The translations under genes were made by a program, and so were the position numbers. A stretch of DNA of 64,000 nucleotides, from assembly GCA_019244185.1 (NCBI GenBank), contig JAFATB010000011.1:1-64000 (forward strand). Direction: 5' to 3'. The DNA is from Acidobacteriota bacterium. GTDB lineage: Bacteria > Acidobacteriota > Thermoanaerobaculia > Gp7-AA8. The notes beneath the pieces are model-generated. The model saw only the letters and a program-made list of their open reading frames with translations. It did not search any database and had not been told where the DNA came from. Positions 45,679 to 54,561 of the stretch are shown one piece after another (the first letter of the stretch is position 1; each line of letters opens with the position of its first letter).

Positions 45679-48597
45679 TCAGTTCGGCGAAACGCCGGCG
45701 AAGAACGTGGCGTCGCCGCTGCGCGTGTCGATGAGCGACGCGTACGCGGCGCCGCTGCCGCTGGTGAAGCGCACGACCGCGCGCCCGTTCGCGACGCGCG
45801 CGACGACCGGCGTCTGCGCGATGCCGCCCGCGGTGGCGAGCTCGTGGCGTTCGACTTCCGCGCCCGCGGCGTCGTAGACGATGACCTCCGCCGTCGCGGC
45901 GTGCGACGAGACGAAGCCGACGTTCGTGCGATACGCGTTCGTGTGCTCGACGAAGGCGATGAACTGCGCGCCGTCGCGCTCGGGCGCGAAGGACACGTAC
46001 TGCGAAGTGCCGTCGTGCACGATGCGCGTTTGTGCGTTGTCGTCCGTGATAAATGCGCCCGCTGTGCCGGCGACGAGCGACGCGCCGGTGAGGCCGTCGT
46101 GGATGTAGTCGGCGTCGTTCGCGTTCCACAGCTCGCTGTGCCACGCGCCGCTGTCGATCGCGGGCGCGATCGCGGCGCCCGTGCGCGCGTGCGCCGCGGG
46201 GATGAACATCGCGTCGCCGCTCGCATCGTCGATCTGCGAGAGATACGCGACGACGCGCGTGTCGCCTGTGGTGACCTCGATTGCGGCGTCGGGGCCGCCG
46301 TACGCGAACTGCACGTGGCTGAACGGCGCGATCGCGATGTCGAATGCGGCGCCGTCGGGCGGCGTCACGCGCGCGACACCTTCGCTCCCGCCGGCTTCGG
46401 TGATGCCGAGGTTCCAGCGCTGCGCGGCGAGTGGCAAGCCGGAGAGAAGCAGCGGAGCTTCGCCGCGCGCGGTGGATTCGAGCTGACTCGGAATCTGTTC
46501 GCCGAACGTGCCGCGCGACGTCTCCGCGTACGTGCGGCTCGCGACGAGGAGCTCGTCGCCGAGCACTTCGAGGCTGCCGCTGCCGGTCGTGCCGAACGCG
46601 CTCGCGACGACGTCATCGAACGCCAGCGTTTCGCCGGGCGCGAGCGATGCCTGCATCGCAACAAAGTCCGTGCGTCCATCCGCGCCGCTCGGCGTGAAGA
46701 TCAGCGTCGCGTTGCGCGACGCATCAGCGGTGTTCGTGATACGCACGTCGGAACGGAACGCGGCGGCGCCGACGCCATAGACGTGCGTCACGACGGGAAT
46801 CATCACGCGCTGCGCGGCTGACGATGGCCGCTGCGTTTGCGGCGTGTCGCCGAAGCCGATCAGCAGAGCCCACGACAGCAGCGTGCCCGTGTCGAGCGCG
46901 CGCAGGTCGCGTACGCGCAGCGTCCACGTGCCGGCCGCGGAATGGCCGAGGAGAGGCGTGAGCGGCTCGGCGGGAACGGCGTCGCGGCCGAACGTCGCGT
47001 GCACGTCGGCGGCGCGTTCGAGCGACACCGGCTGCAAGAGCACGGTCGTGCCGTCGGGCGCGATGAGCTCGATGCGCAGATCGCCGCGCGACGGATGCGC
47101 GATGTCGACACGCACCGCGATCGACGCAATCGCGCGCGGATCGTCGATGGTGATCGTCGACAGCACTCCGTCGATGCTGTTCTCCGGAATCGCGAGCCCA
47201 CGCTGTGGACTCTGGAACAACGTCAGCTCGCCGCGCGGCAACGCGCCCGCGCAATCCGTGAGAATGCCGCGCGCGCTCATCGCGGCGCAGATCGTCGGTG
47301 CGTGCGCGCGGCCGTAGAGCAGTCGATCGCTTTCGAGAAGGCGCTGCGCCATCACCGCGTACGTCGGCTGCGGCGGCGCGTCGAACAGCGACTCGATGAG
47401 CACCGTATCGGCGATGCGCCGCGCCTCGTCGACGTTGCCGGTCTCGCGCGCGAGCGTCACGAGGATCTCGCGCAGCGCCGACGACCAGATCGCGCCGTTC
47501 TGGTGCTCGACGCCCGACGACTCGTTGCGGTTGTAGTCGGCCATCGTCTTCGTGCTGTCGAGCCGGCGCAGGCAGTCGCTGCCCGGCGCGTAGCCGCACT
47601 GCTGCGACGCGTCGTCTTCCCAGCAGCGCGCGTCCCAGTCGGCGAAGCAGAACGGATCGCGCCCCGACGCGAGCCGCTGCGCGTAATGCGCGGAGAACGC
47701 CCAGTAGTCGCCGAAACCTTCGCTGAACGCGCGTGCCTCGCTCGCAAACGCGCCGCTGAAGGTGCCCGGCGAGATCCATTCGAGGATCGCATGTCCGTAC
47801 TCGTGCACGACGAGATCGGCGTCCTCGGCATCATCCGTCCCGCCGTCGCCGTAGAAGAGCGTTCCGCGCCCCGGCTGCGTCGACGGGAGAAAAAACGAGT
47901 TGTCGCTGCCGCTCGCGGCGTGCGGGTCGACTTCGATGGCGTACGGCACGACCGCGCGGTCGCCGCGATATCCGAGGGATTGCAGGTAGTGCTGCGAGCG
48001 ATCGATGTGGAAGTACGCGTTGACGGCTTCGAATCCATCCTGCTCGCGGTCAAAAAGGAGAGACGCCGATGCATCCGGCGGCGCGACGTTCGGCGGCTGC
48101 CGGTCGATGATCTGCGCGGCCGGTCCGCGCAGCGCGCCGCTCTCCGCGACGTCGTCGAGCACGACGTCTTCATATGCATCGGCCGGCACCGCGGACGACG
48201 CGTCGTTGTGATCCTGCAGCGACGGGTCGTTGCGCGCGACGACCGGATTCGGATCGAACACGCGCGCCGGCTTCGCGCGGAAGAAGAGCGGCGTGCGCCG
48301 CAGCAGCTCGCCGGTGACCGCGTCGTAGTCGTACGCGTAAGGCTGCAGCGGAGCGTCGCTTCGAATGACGCGCCGCGCGACGCGACCGTCGATGAGGCGC
48401 AACTCCGACGCGATGGTCGCGCGCGGTTCCGCGACCGCATCCGCGCACGGCGCGACGATGAAGTGCTCCGTTGGCAGATTGTCGACGTACTCGCGGTAGC
48501 GGCAGTGGCGTCCCGTCAGCGAGTCGCGCACGAGCTCGAGGCGCAGGTCGGCGCGCGCCGAAAGCGCGACGAGCAGCGCGAGAACGAGAGATCGCAT
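45679..48597 (-). CDS. secreted M36/M4-like metallopeptidase with proprotein-convertase P domain and C-terminal beta domains
   Basis: Signal peptide; HEYGH...SEGFGDY, H..GAIWS; P domain (VDIAHPSRGDLRIEL...GTWTLRV.D). Confidence 0.88.
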   Translation of the reverse strand: MRSLVLALLVALSARADLRLELVRDSLTGRHCRYREYVDNLPTEHFIVAPCADAVAEPRATIASELRLIDGRVARRVIRSDAPLQPYAYDYDAVTGELLRRTPLFFRAKPARVFDPNPVVARNDPSLQDHNDASSAVPADAYEDVVLDDVAESGALRGPAAQIIDRQPPNVAPPDASASLLFDREQDGFEAVNAYFHIDRSQHYLQSLGYRGDRAVVPYAIEVDPHAASGSDNSFFLPSTQPGRGTLFYGDGGTDDAEDADLVVHEYGHAILEWISPGTFSGAFASEARAFSEGFGDYWAFSAHYAQRLASGRDPFCFADWDARCWEDDASQQCGYAPGSDCLRRLDSTKTMADYNRNESSGVEHQNGAIWSSALREILVTLARETGNVDEARRIADTVLIESLFDAPPQPTYAVMAQRLLESDRLLYGRAHAPTICAAMSARGILTDCAGALPRGELTLFQSPQRGLAIPENSIDGVLSTITIDDPRAIASIAVRVDIAHPSRGDLRIELIAPDGTTVLLQPVSLERAADVHATFGRDAVPAEPLTPLLGHSAAGTWTLRVRDLRALDTGTLLSWALLIGFGDTPQTQRPSSAAQRVMIPVVTHVYGVGAAAFRSDVRITNTADASRNATLIFTPSGADGRTDFVAMQASLAPGETLAFDDVVASAFGTTGSGSLEVLGDELLVASRTYAETSRGTFGEQIPSQLESTARGEAPLLLSGLPLAAQRWNLGITEAGGSEGVARVTPPDGAAFDIAIAPFSHVQFAYGGPDAAIEVTTGDTRVVAYLSQIDDASGDAMFIPAAHARTGAAIAPAIDSGAWHSELWNANDADYIHDGLTGASLVAGTAGAFITDDNAQTRIVHDGTSQYVSFAPERDGAQFIAFVEHTNAYRTNVGFVSSHAATAEVIVYDAAGAEVERHELATAGGIAQTPVVARVANGRAVVRFTSGSGAAYASLIDTRSGDATFFAGVSPN

Positions 48598-48605
48598 CGC
48601 GAGTG

Positions 48606-50918
48606 TTACGGCAGCGCATTCGCCTGCGTCGGGGTGCCGCCGGCCTGCAGCGTCGCCGCCTCCGCCGCGGGGAGCGAGAAGAAGAAGCGCGTGCCCTGCC
48701 CTTCCTTGCTCTCGACCCAGATCGCGCCGCCGTGGCGCTCGATGATCTGCTTGGTGATGTAGAGGCCGAGGCCGAGACCGCCGTAGTTCGTCGACGAGAC
48801 CTGGCGGCCGCGGTGGAAACGCTCGAAGACCTGTCCCAGCTCGTCGGCGGGGATGCCGATGCCGCGGTCGCACACCGCCGTCACGAAAGCTTCGCCTTTA
48901 TCTTCGACGGTCACGGTGATGTCGCTGCCGTCCGGCGAGTACTTCACGGCGTTCTCGAGGAGATTCCCGAGCACCTGTTCGAGGCGGTCGCGGTCGCCGG
49001 TGACGATCTTGTCGTCGTCGGGAACGCTGACGTGGAAGCGGCGGTCGCTCACCGCGGTGTGATGGCGATGCACGACGTCGCGGACGAAATGCGACCAGGC
49101 GATCGGCTCACGGCGGATCTCGAGACGTCCCGTCTCAATGCGCGAGACGTCGAGCAGTTCGAGGATGAGGCGCGACATGCGGTCGATCTGGTCGAGCGCG
49201 ATGTCGAGGTACTCCTCGGACGTACTGAGGTCGCCTTCCTTGATCAGCATCTTCGCGAGCTGCGTGTAGCCCTTGATCGACGTGACCGGCGTGCGCAGCT
49301 CGTGCGAGGCGATGGAGAGGAACTCGTCCTTGAGGCGCGACAGGTCTTCGACCTTCCGCCGCGCGTCGACCTGTTCGGTGTAGAGCTTCGCGTTCTCGAT
49401 CGCCAGCGCGGCGCGCTCGGCGAGGATCTCCGCGAGCGGCAGCTTGTCGTCGGTCATCGCGCGGTCGGGATCGTTCGCGGCGATGATCAGCGCGCCGAGC
49501 ATCTCGCGCCGCGTGCGCAGCGGCAGGATGAGCAGCGAGGCGAGCTTCATCGGCATCGGGTGATACGTGCCGGGATTGGTCATGTCCGCCGCCGCGCGGA
49601 TGTTCGTCGTCAGCGACGGATAGCCGGTCGAGACGACCTGCCCGATGATCCCTTCGCCGACCACGAGCGGCTGGCGATAGATGTACGACCACGCCAAGCC
49701 GAGCGAGGCCATGTCGCGGTGATAGATCGACGCGACGCTGAGCTCTTTCGACTCGGATGATTTGAGGATGACCGCCGACCAGTCGCCGAGCACTTCCGCG
49801 ACGCGCTCCGCGATGGCCTGCGTGACCCACGTCGGATCGATGTTGCTGGAGAAGAATGCGCCGGCGTCGGCGAGGATCTGCGCGCGCTCGGCCTGCAGCT
49901 GCATCTGCTCTTCGAGCGCGCGGCGTTCCGTGATGTCGCGGAACGTGACCACGACACCGGACGTGCGTCCTTCCTCGTGCAGCGGCGTCGCGCTCATCGA
50001 CACGGCGACGCGCAGGTCTTCGCGCGCGATGAGCACCGTCATGTCGTGCACGGCGCGTCCGGTCGACAGCGCCTGCGCCGCCGGCAGCTCTTCCGGATCG
50101 AGCAGGCGCGCGTGCTCGTCGCGCAAACGATAGACCTCGGATTGCCGGAAGATCGGCACTCCGATGTCGGCTTTGCCGAGCAGGCGCTGTCCGGCGGGAT
50201 TGATGAAGACGGTTTTGCCTTCGCCGTCGACGAGCATCACGCCGTCCGACATCCCGGCGATCATGGCCTCGGTGCGCCGCACCTGGCGCGTGATCGACTC
50301 GCCGAGGCGCTGCTCGATGCGCATGGCGGTCATCGCGGAGACGGCGATGAGCACGAGGCCGAGCACGACCATCGTGATCATCACCCACTGGCGCGCGCTG
50401 CTGATGCGATCGAGCGCGCTGGCTTGTTCGCTTCGGATGCGGTCAGAGATGAGCCCCTCGTAGTCGGGCGCCGCGCGGCGGAGCTGCGCCGTGGACAGCA
50501 TCGCGTCGGCCGCGTCTTTCGGCCGGCCGTCGTCGCGCAGCTTGATCTGCTCGTCGGTCAACTTCTTGACTTTGCTGAAGTGCTCGCGGAACTCGTCGAG
50601 CACCGGATGGTCGCGCGGGCGCGCGAGCTCGGTGGACTGCGACTCCGCTTTCTGGAACGAGCGTACCGCGTCGTCGTACTGCTGCGTGAACTGCGTCTGC
50701 CCGGTGAGGACATAGCCACGCGTCGCCGACACCATCGTCGTCAGCGAGTCGTCCATCTCGCGCACGGCGTCGAGGTACGGACGCGATTGCTGCACGATCT
50801 GATACTCCTGCCGCTGCTCCATGCGCAGCACCGCCAACGTCATGATGACGCCAGCGAGAATCAGCAGGGTGAGCCCAAGAAAGGCTCCCCAGATCATGCG
50901 CCGGATGGAAGGGGACAT
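48606..50918 (-). CDS. sensor histidine kinase, CHASE3-PAS-GAF-HisKA-HATPase
   Basis: TM-RGYVLTG (CHASE3)-TM; FRDITERR; ALAIENA; ASHELRTP; NLLENAVKYS; GLGLGLYI. Confidence 0.93.
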   Translation of the reverse strand: MSPSIRRMIWGAFLGLTLLILAGVIMTLAVLRMEQRQEYQIVQQSRPYLDAVREMDDSLTTMVSATRGYVLTGQTQFTQQYDDAVRSFQKAESQSTELARPRDHPVLDEFREHFSKVKKLTDEQIKLRDDGRPKDAADAMLSTAQLRRAAPDYEGLISDRIRSEQASALDRISSARQWVMITMVVLGLVLIAVSAMTAMRIEQRLGESITRQVRRTEAMIAGMSDGVMLVDGEGKTVFINPAGQRLLGKADIGVPIFRQSEVYRLRDEHARLLDPEELPAAQALSTGRAVHDMTVLIAREDLRVAVSMSATPLHEEGRTSGVVVTFRDITERRALEEQMQLQAERAQILADAGAFFSSNIDPTWVTQAIAERVAEVLGDWSAVILKSSESKELSVASIYHRDMASLGLAWSYIYRQPLVVGEGIIGQVVSTGYPSLTTNIRAAADMTNPGTYHPMPMKLASLLILPLRTRREMLGALIIAANDPDRAMTDDKLPLAEILAERAALAIENAKLYTEQVDARRKVEDLSRLKDEFLSIASHELRTPVTSIKGYTQLAKMLIKEGDLSTSEEYLDIALDQIDRMSRLILELLDVSRIETGRLEIRREPIAWSHFVRDVVHRHHTAVSDRRFHVSVPDDDKIVTGDRDRLEQVLGNLLENAVKYSPDGSDITVTVEDKGEAFVTAVCDRGIGIPADELGQVFERFHRGRQVSSTNYGGLGLGLYITKQIIERHGGAIWVESKEGQGTRFFFSLPAAEAATLQAGGTPTQANALP

Positions 50919-50937
50919 CTCTGCCGGGCGCCTCCGT

Positions 50938-50953
50938 TGCAAAAATGACGCCG
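50938..50953 (-). promoter_or_regulatory. sigma54-like promoter of the CHASE3 kinase
   Basis: Minus strand CGGCGTC-ATTT-TTGCA. Confidence 0.55.
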
Positions 50954-51001
50954 CCGTACCGCTAAGTCAAGGCAAATAAGGCACTTCTGACGCACGCCGT
51001 C

Positions 51002-51017
51002 AGGAACGCCGCGTGCA
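51002..51017 (+). promoter_or_regulatory. sigma54-like promoter of ku-ligD
   Basis: AGGAACG-CCGC-GTGCA with GG-N10-GC spacing, upstream of the GGAGG SD. Confidence 0.5.
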
Positions 51018-51041
51018 GTATATGCCTCATCGGAGGCCGTC

Positions 51042-51929
51042 ATGGCACTACGCCCGCTGCGCAACGCCACGATCTCGTTCGGACTGGTGAACATCCCCGT
51101 CCGCTTCTACACCGCCACGAAGTCGGAAGACGTGCACTTCAACCTGCTGCACGCCGATTGCGGCTCGCGCGTCAACCGCCGCTGGTGGTGCCCGCAGCAC
51201 GAGAACTTCATCGAGCTCGCCGACATGATCCGCGGCTATCCGGTGGCGAAGAATCAGTACGTGACGTTCACCGCCGCGGAGCTCGAGGAGCTCGAATCCG
51301 GCGGCGACCGCGCGCTCGAGATCACCGCGTTCGTCGATCTCGCGCAGATCGATCCCGTCTTCTTCGAGAAGGCCTACTACCTCGGGCCCGCGCCCGGCGG
51401 CGCGAAGACGTACCGGCTGCTCGCCGAGGCGATGCGCAAGCAGAACAAAGTCGCCGTCGCGCGCTGGGTCTCCAATTCGCGCGAGCATCTCGTCGTGTTG
51501 CGTCCGTTCGAAGAGGGGCTCATTCTCCACACGATGTATTACGCGGACGAGGTGCGCGACTTCAGCGCGATCGACGTCGATCACGCCGACGTCCGCGACA
51601 AGGAAGTGGCGCTCGCGAAGATGCTCATCGACGAGCTCACCGAGCCGACGTTCGATCCGCTCGCGTACAAGGATGAATACCGCGAACGCGTGATGGAGCG
51701 CATCCGCGCGAAGGCCGAAGGAGAGCTGGTCGTCTCCGAGTCGCCCGAGTCCGAGAGCGCGGGCGAAGTCGTCGACATCATGGAGGCGCTGCGCCGCAGT
51801 CTCGGCGGCGCGGTTGCGGAGCCGCGCAAGCGCAACGCGTCCGCATCCGCCGCCGCACCCGCGACGCGCAAAGCGCCGAAACGCGCGGCGCCGCAACCCG
51901 CATCGCGCAGGAAGAAGAAGGCGTCGTAG
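51042..51929 (+). CDS. ku: non-homologous end joining protein Ku
   Basis: ISFGLVNIPV, IDPVFFEKAYYL, DEVR, YKDEY, VDIMEALRRSL; basic tail. Confidence 0.95.
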   Translation: MALRPLRNATISFGLVNIPVRFYTATKSEDVHFNLLHADCGSRVNRRWWCPQHENFIELADMIRGYPVAKNQYVTFTAAELEELESGGDRALEITAFVDLAQIDPVFFEKAYYLGPAPGGAKTYRLLAEAMRKQNKVAVARWVSNSREHLVVLRPFEEGLILHTMYYADEVRDFSAIDVDHADVRDKEVALAKMLIDELTEPTFDPLAYKDEYRERVMERIRAKAEGELVVSESPESESAGEVVDIMEALRRSLGGAVAEPRKRNASASAAAPATRKAPKRAAPQPASRRKKKAS

Positions 51930-51932
51930 CGC

Positions 51933-52826
51933 ATGCCCGATCTACTCAAGAAATACCGCGCGATGCGCGACTTCGGCGACACGCCGGAGCCGTCCGGCGG
52001 CAAGCCGAAAAACACGAAGCTGCCGATCTTCGTCATCCAGCAGCATCACGCCTCGCACATGCACTACGACTTCCGCCTGGAGATGGAAGGCGTGCTCAAG
52101 TCGTGGGCGATTCCGAAAGGACCGTCGTACGACCCGGCCGCGAAACGCCTCGCGATGATGACCGAGGATCATCCGTACGACTACGCGTCATTCGAGGGCG
52201 TGATCCCCGCGGGCAACTACGGCGCGGGGAACGTGATCATCTGGGATCAGGGGACGTGGGAGTTCATCGAGCCGGGGCCCGATCCGGTGAAGGCGCTCGC
52301 TTCCGGAAAGCTGACCTTCCGCATGTACGGGAAGAAGATGTTCGGCGAATGGGCGCTCGTGAAGATCGGCGGCCGGCAGAAGTCGGACAAAGGGAACGAG
52401 TGGCTGCTGCTCAAACACCGCGACGGCTACGCGAACGAGGACGTCGACGTGACCGCGGTCGCGCCGCGTTCGGTCGTGTCGAACCGGCTCGTTGATGAAG
52501 TGAGCAGCGAGAACATCTGGGAGTCGAATCGCAAGGCGTCGTCGCGAAGGGCGCCGACGCTCGCGGCGCGGCTGGAAGCGGAAGAGAAGGCGAAGAAGCG
52601 CACTACGCCGGCGAAGAAACGCGCGACATCGACGACGAAACGCGCGTCCACCACGAAGCGCGCGTCCGCGAAGAAACCCGCTACGTCCGCGAAGAAGCGG
52701 CCTGCGGCGACGAAGGCGGCGCAATCTCCTGCAGCGCCATCTCGAGCAGCTTCCGCTCGGAGTCGAAGCTCGCGCGCCGCAGCGAAGCCGTCAGCTCGAC
52801 CCACTCCACGTCGTCGACCTCGCTGA
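51933..52826 (+). CDS. LigD 3'-phosphoesterase domain protein with Lys/Ala-rich tail
   Basis: RDFGDTPEP, FVIQQHHASHMHYDFRLE, SWAIPKGPS, TEDHP, YGAG.V.IWD.G, WLLLK; no ligase or polymerase domain. Confidence 0.92.
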   Translation: MPDLLKKYRAMRDFGDTPEPSGGKPKNTKLPIFVIQQHHASHMHYDFRLEMEGVLKSWAIPKGPSYDPAAKRLAMMTEDHPYDYASFEGVIPAGNYGAGNVIIWDQGTWEFIEPGPDPVKALASGKLTFRMYGKKMFGEWALVKIGGRQKSDKGNEWLLLKHRDGYANEDVDVTAVAPRSVVSNRLVDEVSSENIWESNRKASSRRAPTLAARLEAEEKAKKRTTPAKKRATSTTKRASTTKRASAKKPATSAKKRPAATKAAQSPAAPSRAASARSRSSRAAAKPSARPTPRRRPR

Positions 52827-53148
52827 GCTGCGGCTGCAGCTCTCCTTCGACGTACTCCATGAGGTAGAAGTCGACGCGCTTCTGGATGAGCGTGTCGCCG
52901 GCGCGGAAGAAGTATTCGATCGTGTCGAGCGGCTTGACGATCTTCGCGGTCAGCCCCGTTTCCTCGAGCACTTCGCGCAGCGCCGCCGCCTCGGATGTCT
53001 CGCCGCTGCTGACCGCGCCCTTCGGCAGACCCCAGCGCGTGCGGCCGCGCGTGGCGATGAGCGCCACGTGCGCGACGCCGCCGCGCATCGCGATCACGGC
53101 GCCGCCCGACGAATGCTCGTTGCGGGTTTTCCTCCGCCCCTGTGCCAT
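52681..53148 (-). CDS. NUDIX hydrolase
   Basis: WGLPKG...GETSEAAALREVLEETG Nudix box. Confidence 0.92.
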   Translation of the reverse strand: MAQGRRKTRNEHSSGGAVIAMRGGVAHVALIATRGRTRWGLPKGAVSSGETSEAAALREVLEETGLTAKIVKPLDTIEYFFRAGDTLIQKRVDFYLMEYVEGELQPQLSEVDDVEWVELTASLRRASFDSERKLLEMALQEIAPPSSPQAASSRT

Positions 53149-53295
53149 GGCCGCATTCTACGCGCGCGCTGCGGATGCGCGCTCCGAACGCACACGGCAG
53201 CGCCTGCCTGCACATGACGAATCTGCTGGTCGTTTCCGCCTAAAAGGGGTACATTTCCGTCAACGCATCACAATTAGACACAGGAGGGGTACGGC

Positions 53296-53730
53296 ATGTC
53301 CGAGATCTCTATGTTGTGGACCGTCGCGGGAGTGGTCGTTCTCGCGGCTCTCGTGGTCGCATTCATCAAGATGCGTCAGAAGGACCTGCTCGACGCGATC
53401 GCACAGAAGCGGAAAGGATCGTCGAAGCTCGTCACGCGTGCCGAGTACGTCGAGGGCGTCGAGAAGATCCCGGTCGTGCTGTCGGTCTCGGACGATACGC
53501 TGTACTACGAGAACTCCGATCTGGAAGCGATGTTCGAGCTCGCGCGTCTCGACGAGATCGAGTACGCCGACGAGCTCTCCACCGGAAAGAACCTCGCCGC
53601 CGGCGCGCACGTGCTGCGCCTCCGCTCGCACGGAACGACGTTCGAGTACGTCCTCAACCCCGGCGACGACGCCAAGTGGCGCAGCGCGCTTCCCGCGCGC
53701 CGTCTCTCCCGATCCGCCGCCGCGGTGTAG
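53296..53730 (+). CDS. hypothetical membrane-anchored protein
   Basis: AGGAGG SD; N-terminal TM helix; beta-rich domain, possibly PH-like. Confidence 0.75.
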   Translation: MSEISMLWTVAGVVVLAALVVAFIKMRQKDLLDAIAQKRKGSSKLVTRAEYVEGVEKIPVVLSVSDDTLYYENSDLEAMFELARLDEIEYADELSTGKNLAAGAHVLRLRSHGTTFEYVLNPGDDAKWRSALPARRLSRSAAAV

Positions 53731-53751
53731 CATTCCCGCGCGGAATGGGGT

Positions 53752-53785
53752 TCTGCGGCAGCCTGTTCGCACCGGCTGCCGCAGA
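53752..53785 (+). other. stem-loop upstream of the tRNA pair
   Basis: TCTGCGGCAGCC-10 nt-GGCTGCCGCAGA, 12-bp perfect stem. Confidence 0.6.
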
Positions 53786-53791
53786 CCGAGT

Positions 53792-53868
<77 letters not shown>

Positions 53869-53893
53869 ACCGCCCGCTGCGCGCTCCACTTGT

Positions 53894-53970
53894 GTCCCCG
53901 TAGCTCAGTCGGATAGAGCAACAGCCTTCTAAGCTGTGGGTCGCAGGTTCGAATCCTGCCGGGGACGCCA
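53894..53970 (+). tRNA. tRNA-Arg(TCT)
   Basis: GTCCCCG acceptor, anticodon loop CT-TCT-AA, GGTTCGAATCC T arm, CCA end; 77 nt. Confidence 0.97.
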
Positions 53971-53981
53971 CCCCGCGCAAC

Positions 53982-54299
53982 TCACTGTTCCGGCGGCAAC
54001 GTCACGTGGCGGAAGCTGAACGCGTCCAGCGCACCCGCATCGAGCTGCAGCTCGCGGCCGTCCACCACGTACGTGTGGTGACGGCGATCCGCAAGAAGCT
54101 CGATCCATCCTTCCTCCGGAATCTCGAAGCGCTCGCCCGCATAGACGAACTGCTGGCCGGGACGGCCGTTGAAGTGATAACCGACCGTCGAGATCCCGCA
54201 CCGCACGACCGGCTGCTGCAACTCGCCGCGGCGGACGAGGGCCGTGAGATCGAGCTCGAACTGAATGGCAAGGGTGAGCGCGGCGGCGGTGAGGATCAT
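53982..54299 (-). CDS. small hypothetical beta-rich protein, possibly exported
   Basis: AAGGAG SD; hydrophobic N terminus; VGYHF.G.PGQ.F.YAG..F.IP.EGWIEL. Confidence 0.7.
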   Translation of the reverse strand: MILTAAALTLAIQFELDLTALVRRGELQQPVVRCGISTVGYHFNGRPGQQFVYAGERFEIPEEGWIELLADRRHHTYVVDGRELQLDAGALDAFSFRHVTLPPEQ

Positions 54300-54373
54300 C
54301 GAAGGCTCCTTTCTTCAGCGTTCTTATCCACATAAACGCCCGCGAAGACCGGCTGCCAAACGCGAAGATTTTT

Positions 54374-54482
54374 TTTGAGAACTCGTCGTTTCGCCCGTTT
54401 GTGCTGATGTTTTTCGCGAAAGACCGGCGCACGGCGAGTGCCCGTGAAAATGTTTCTTTGAGAACTGTCGTTGTTCTCCGTT
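54374..54482. promoter_or_regulatory. duplicated motif TTTGAGAACT-N11-CCGTT in an AT-rich divergent region
   Basis: Copies at 54374-54399 and 54457-54482. Confidence 0.6.
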
Positions 54483-54561
54483 AAAGCCATCAGTAGCCGT
54501 TGTTCGAAACGGTCTGTTGCATTGAGGCGAGTCATTGAACGTCTGAGGGACCGGAGGCCTT

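Noticed and set aside
51024-51037. GCCTC-ATCG-GAGGC hairpin covering the ku SD
   Set aside because: Only 5 bp; expected by chance at this GC content.
54296-54535. 79-aa minus-strand ORF overlapping the small gene start
   Set aside because: Lies across the AT-rich regulatory region with atypical codons, and the downstream gene has its own SD; probably non-coding.
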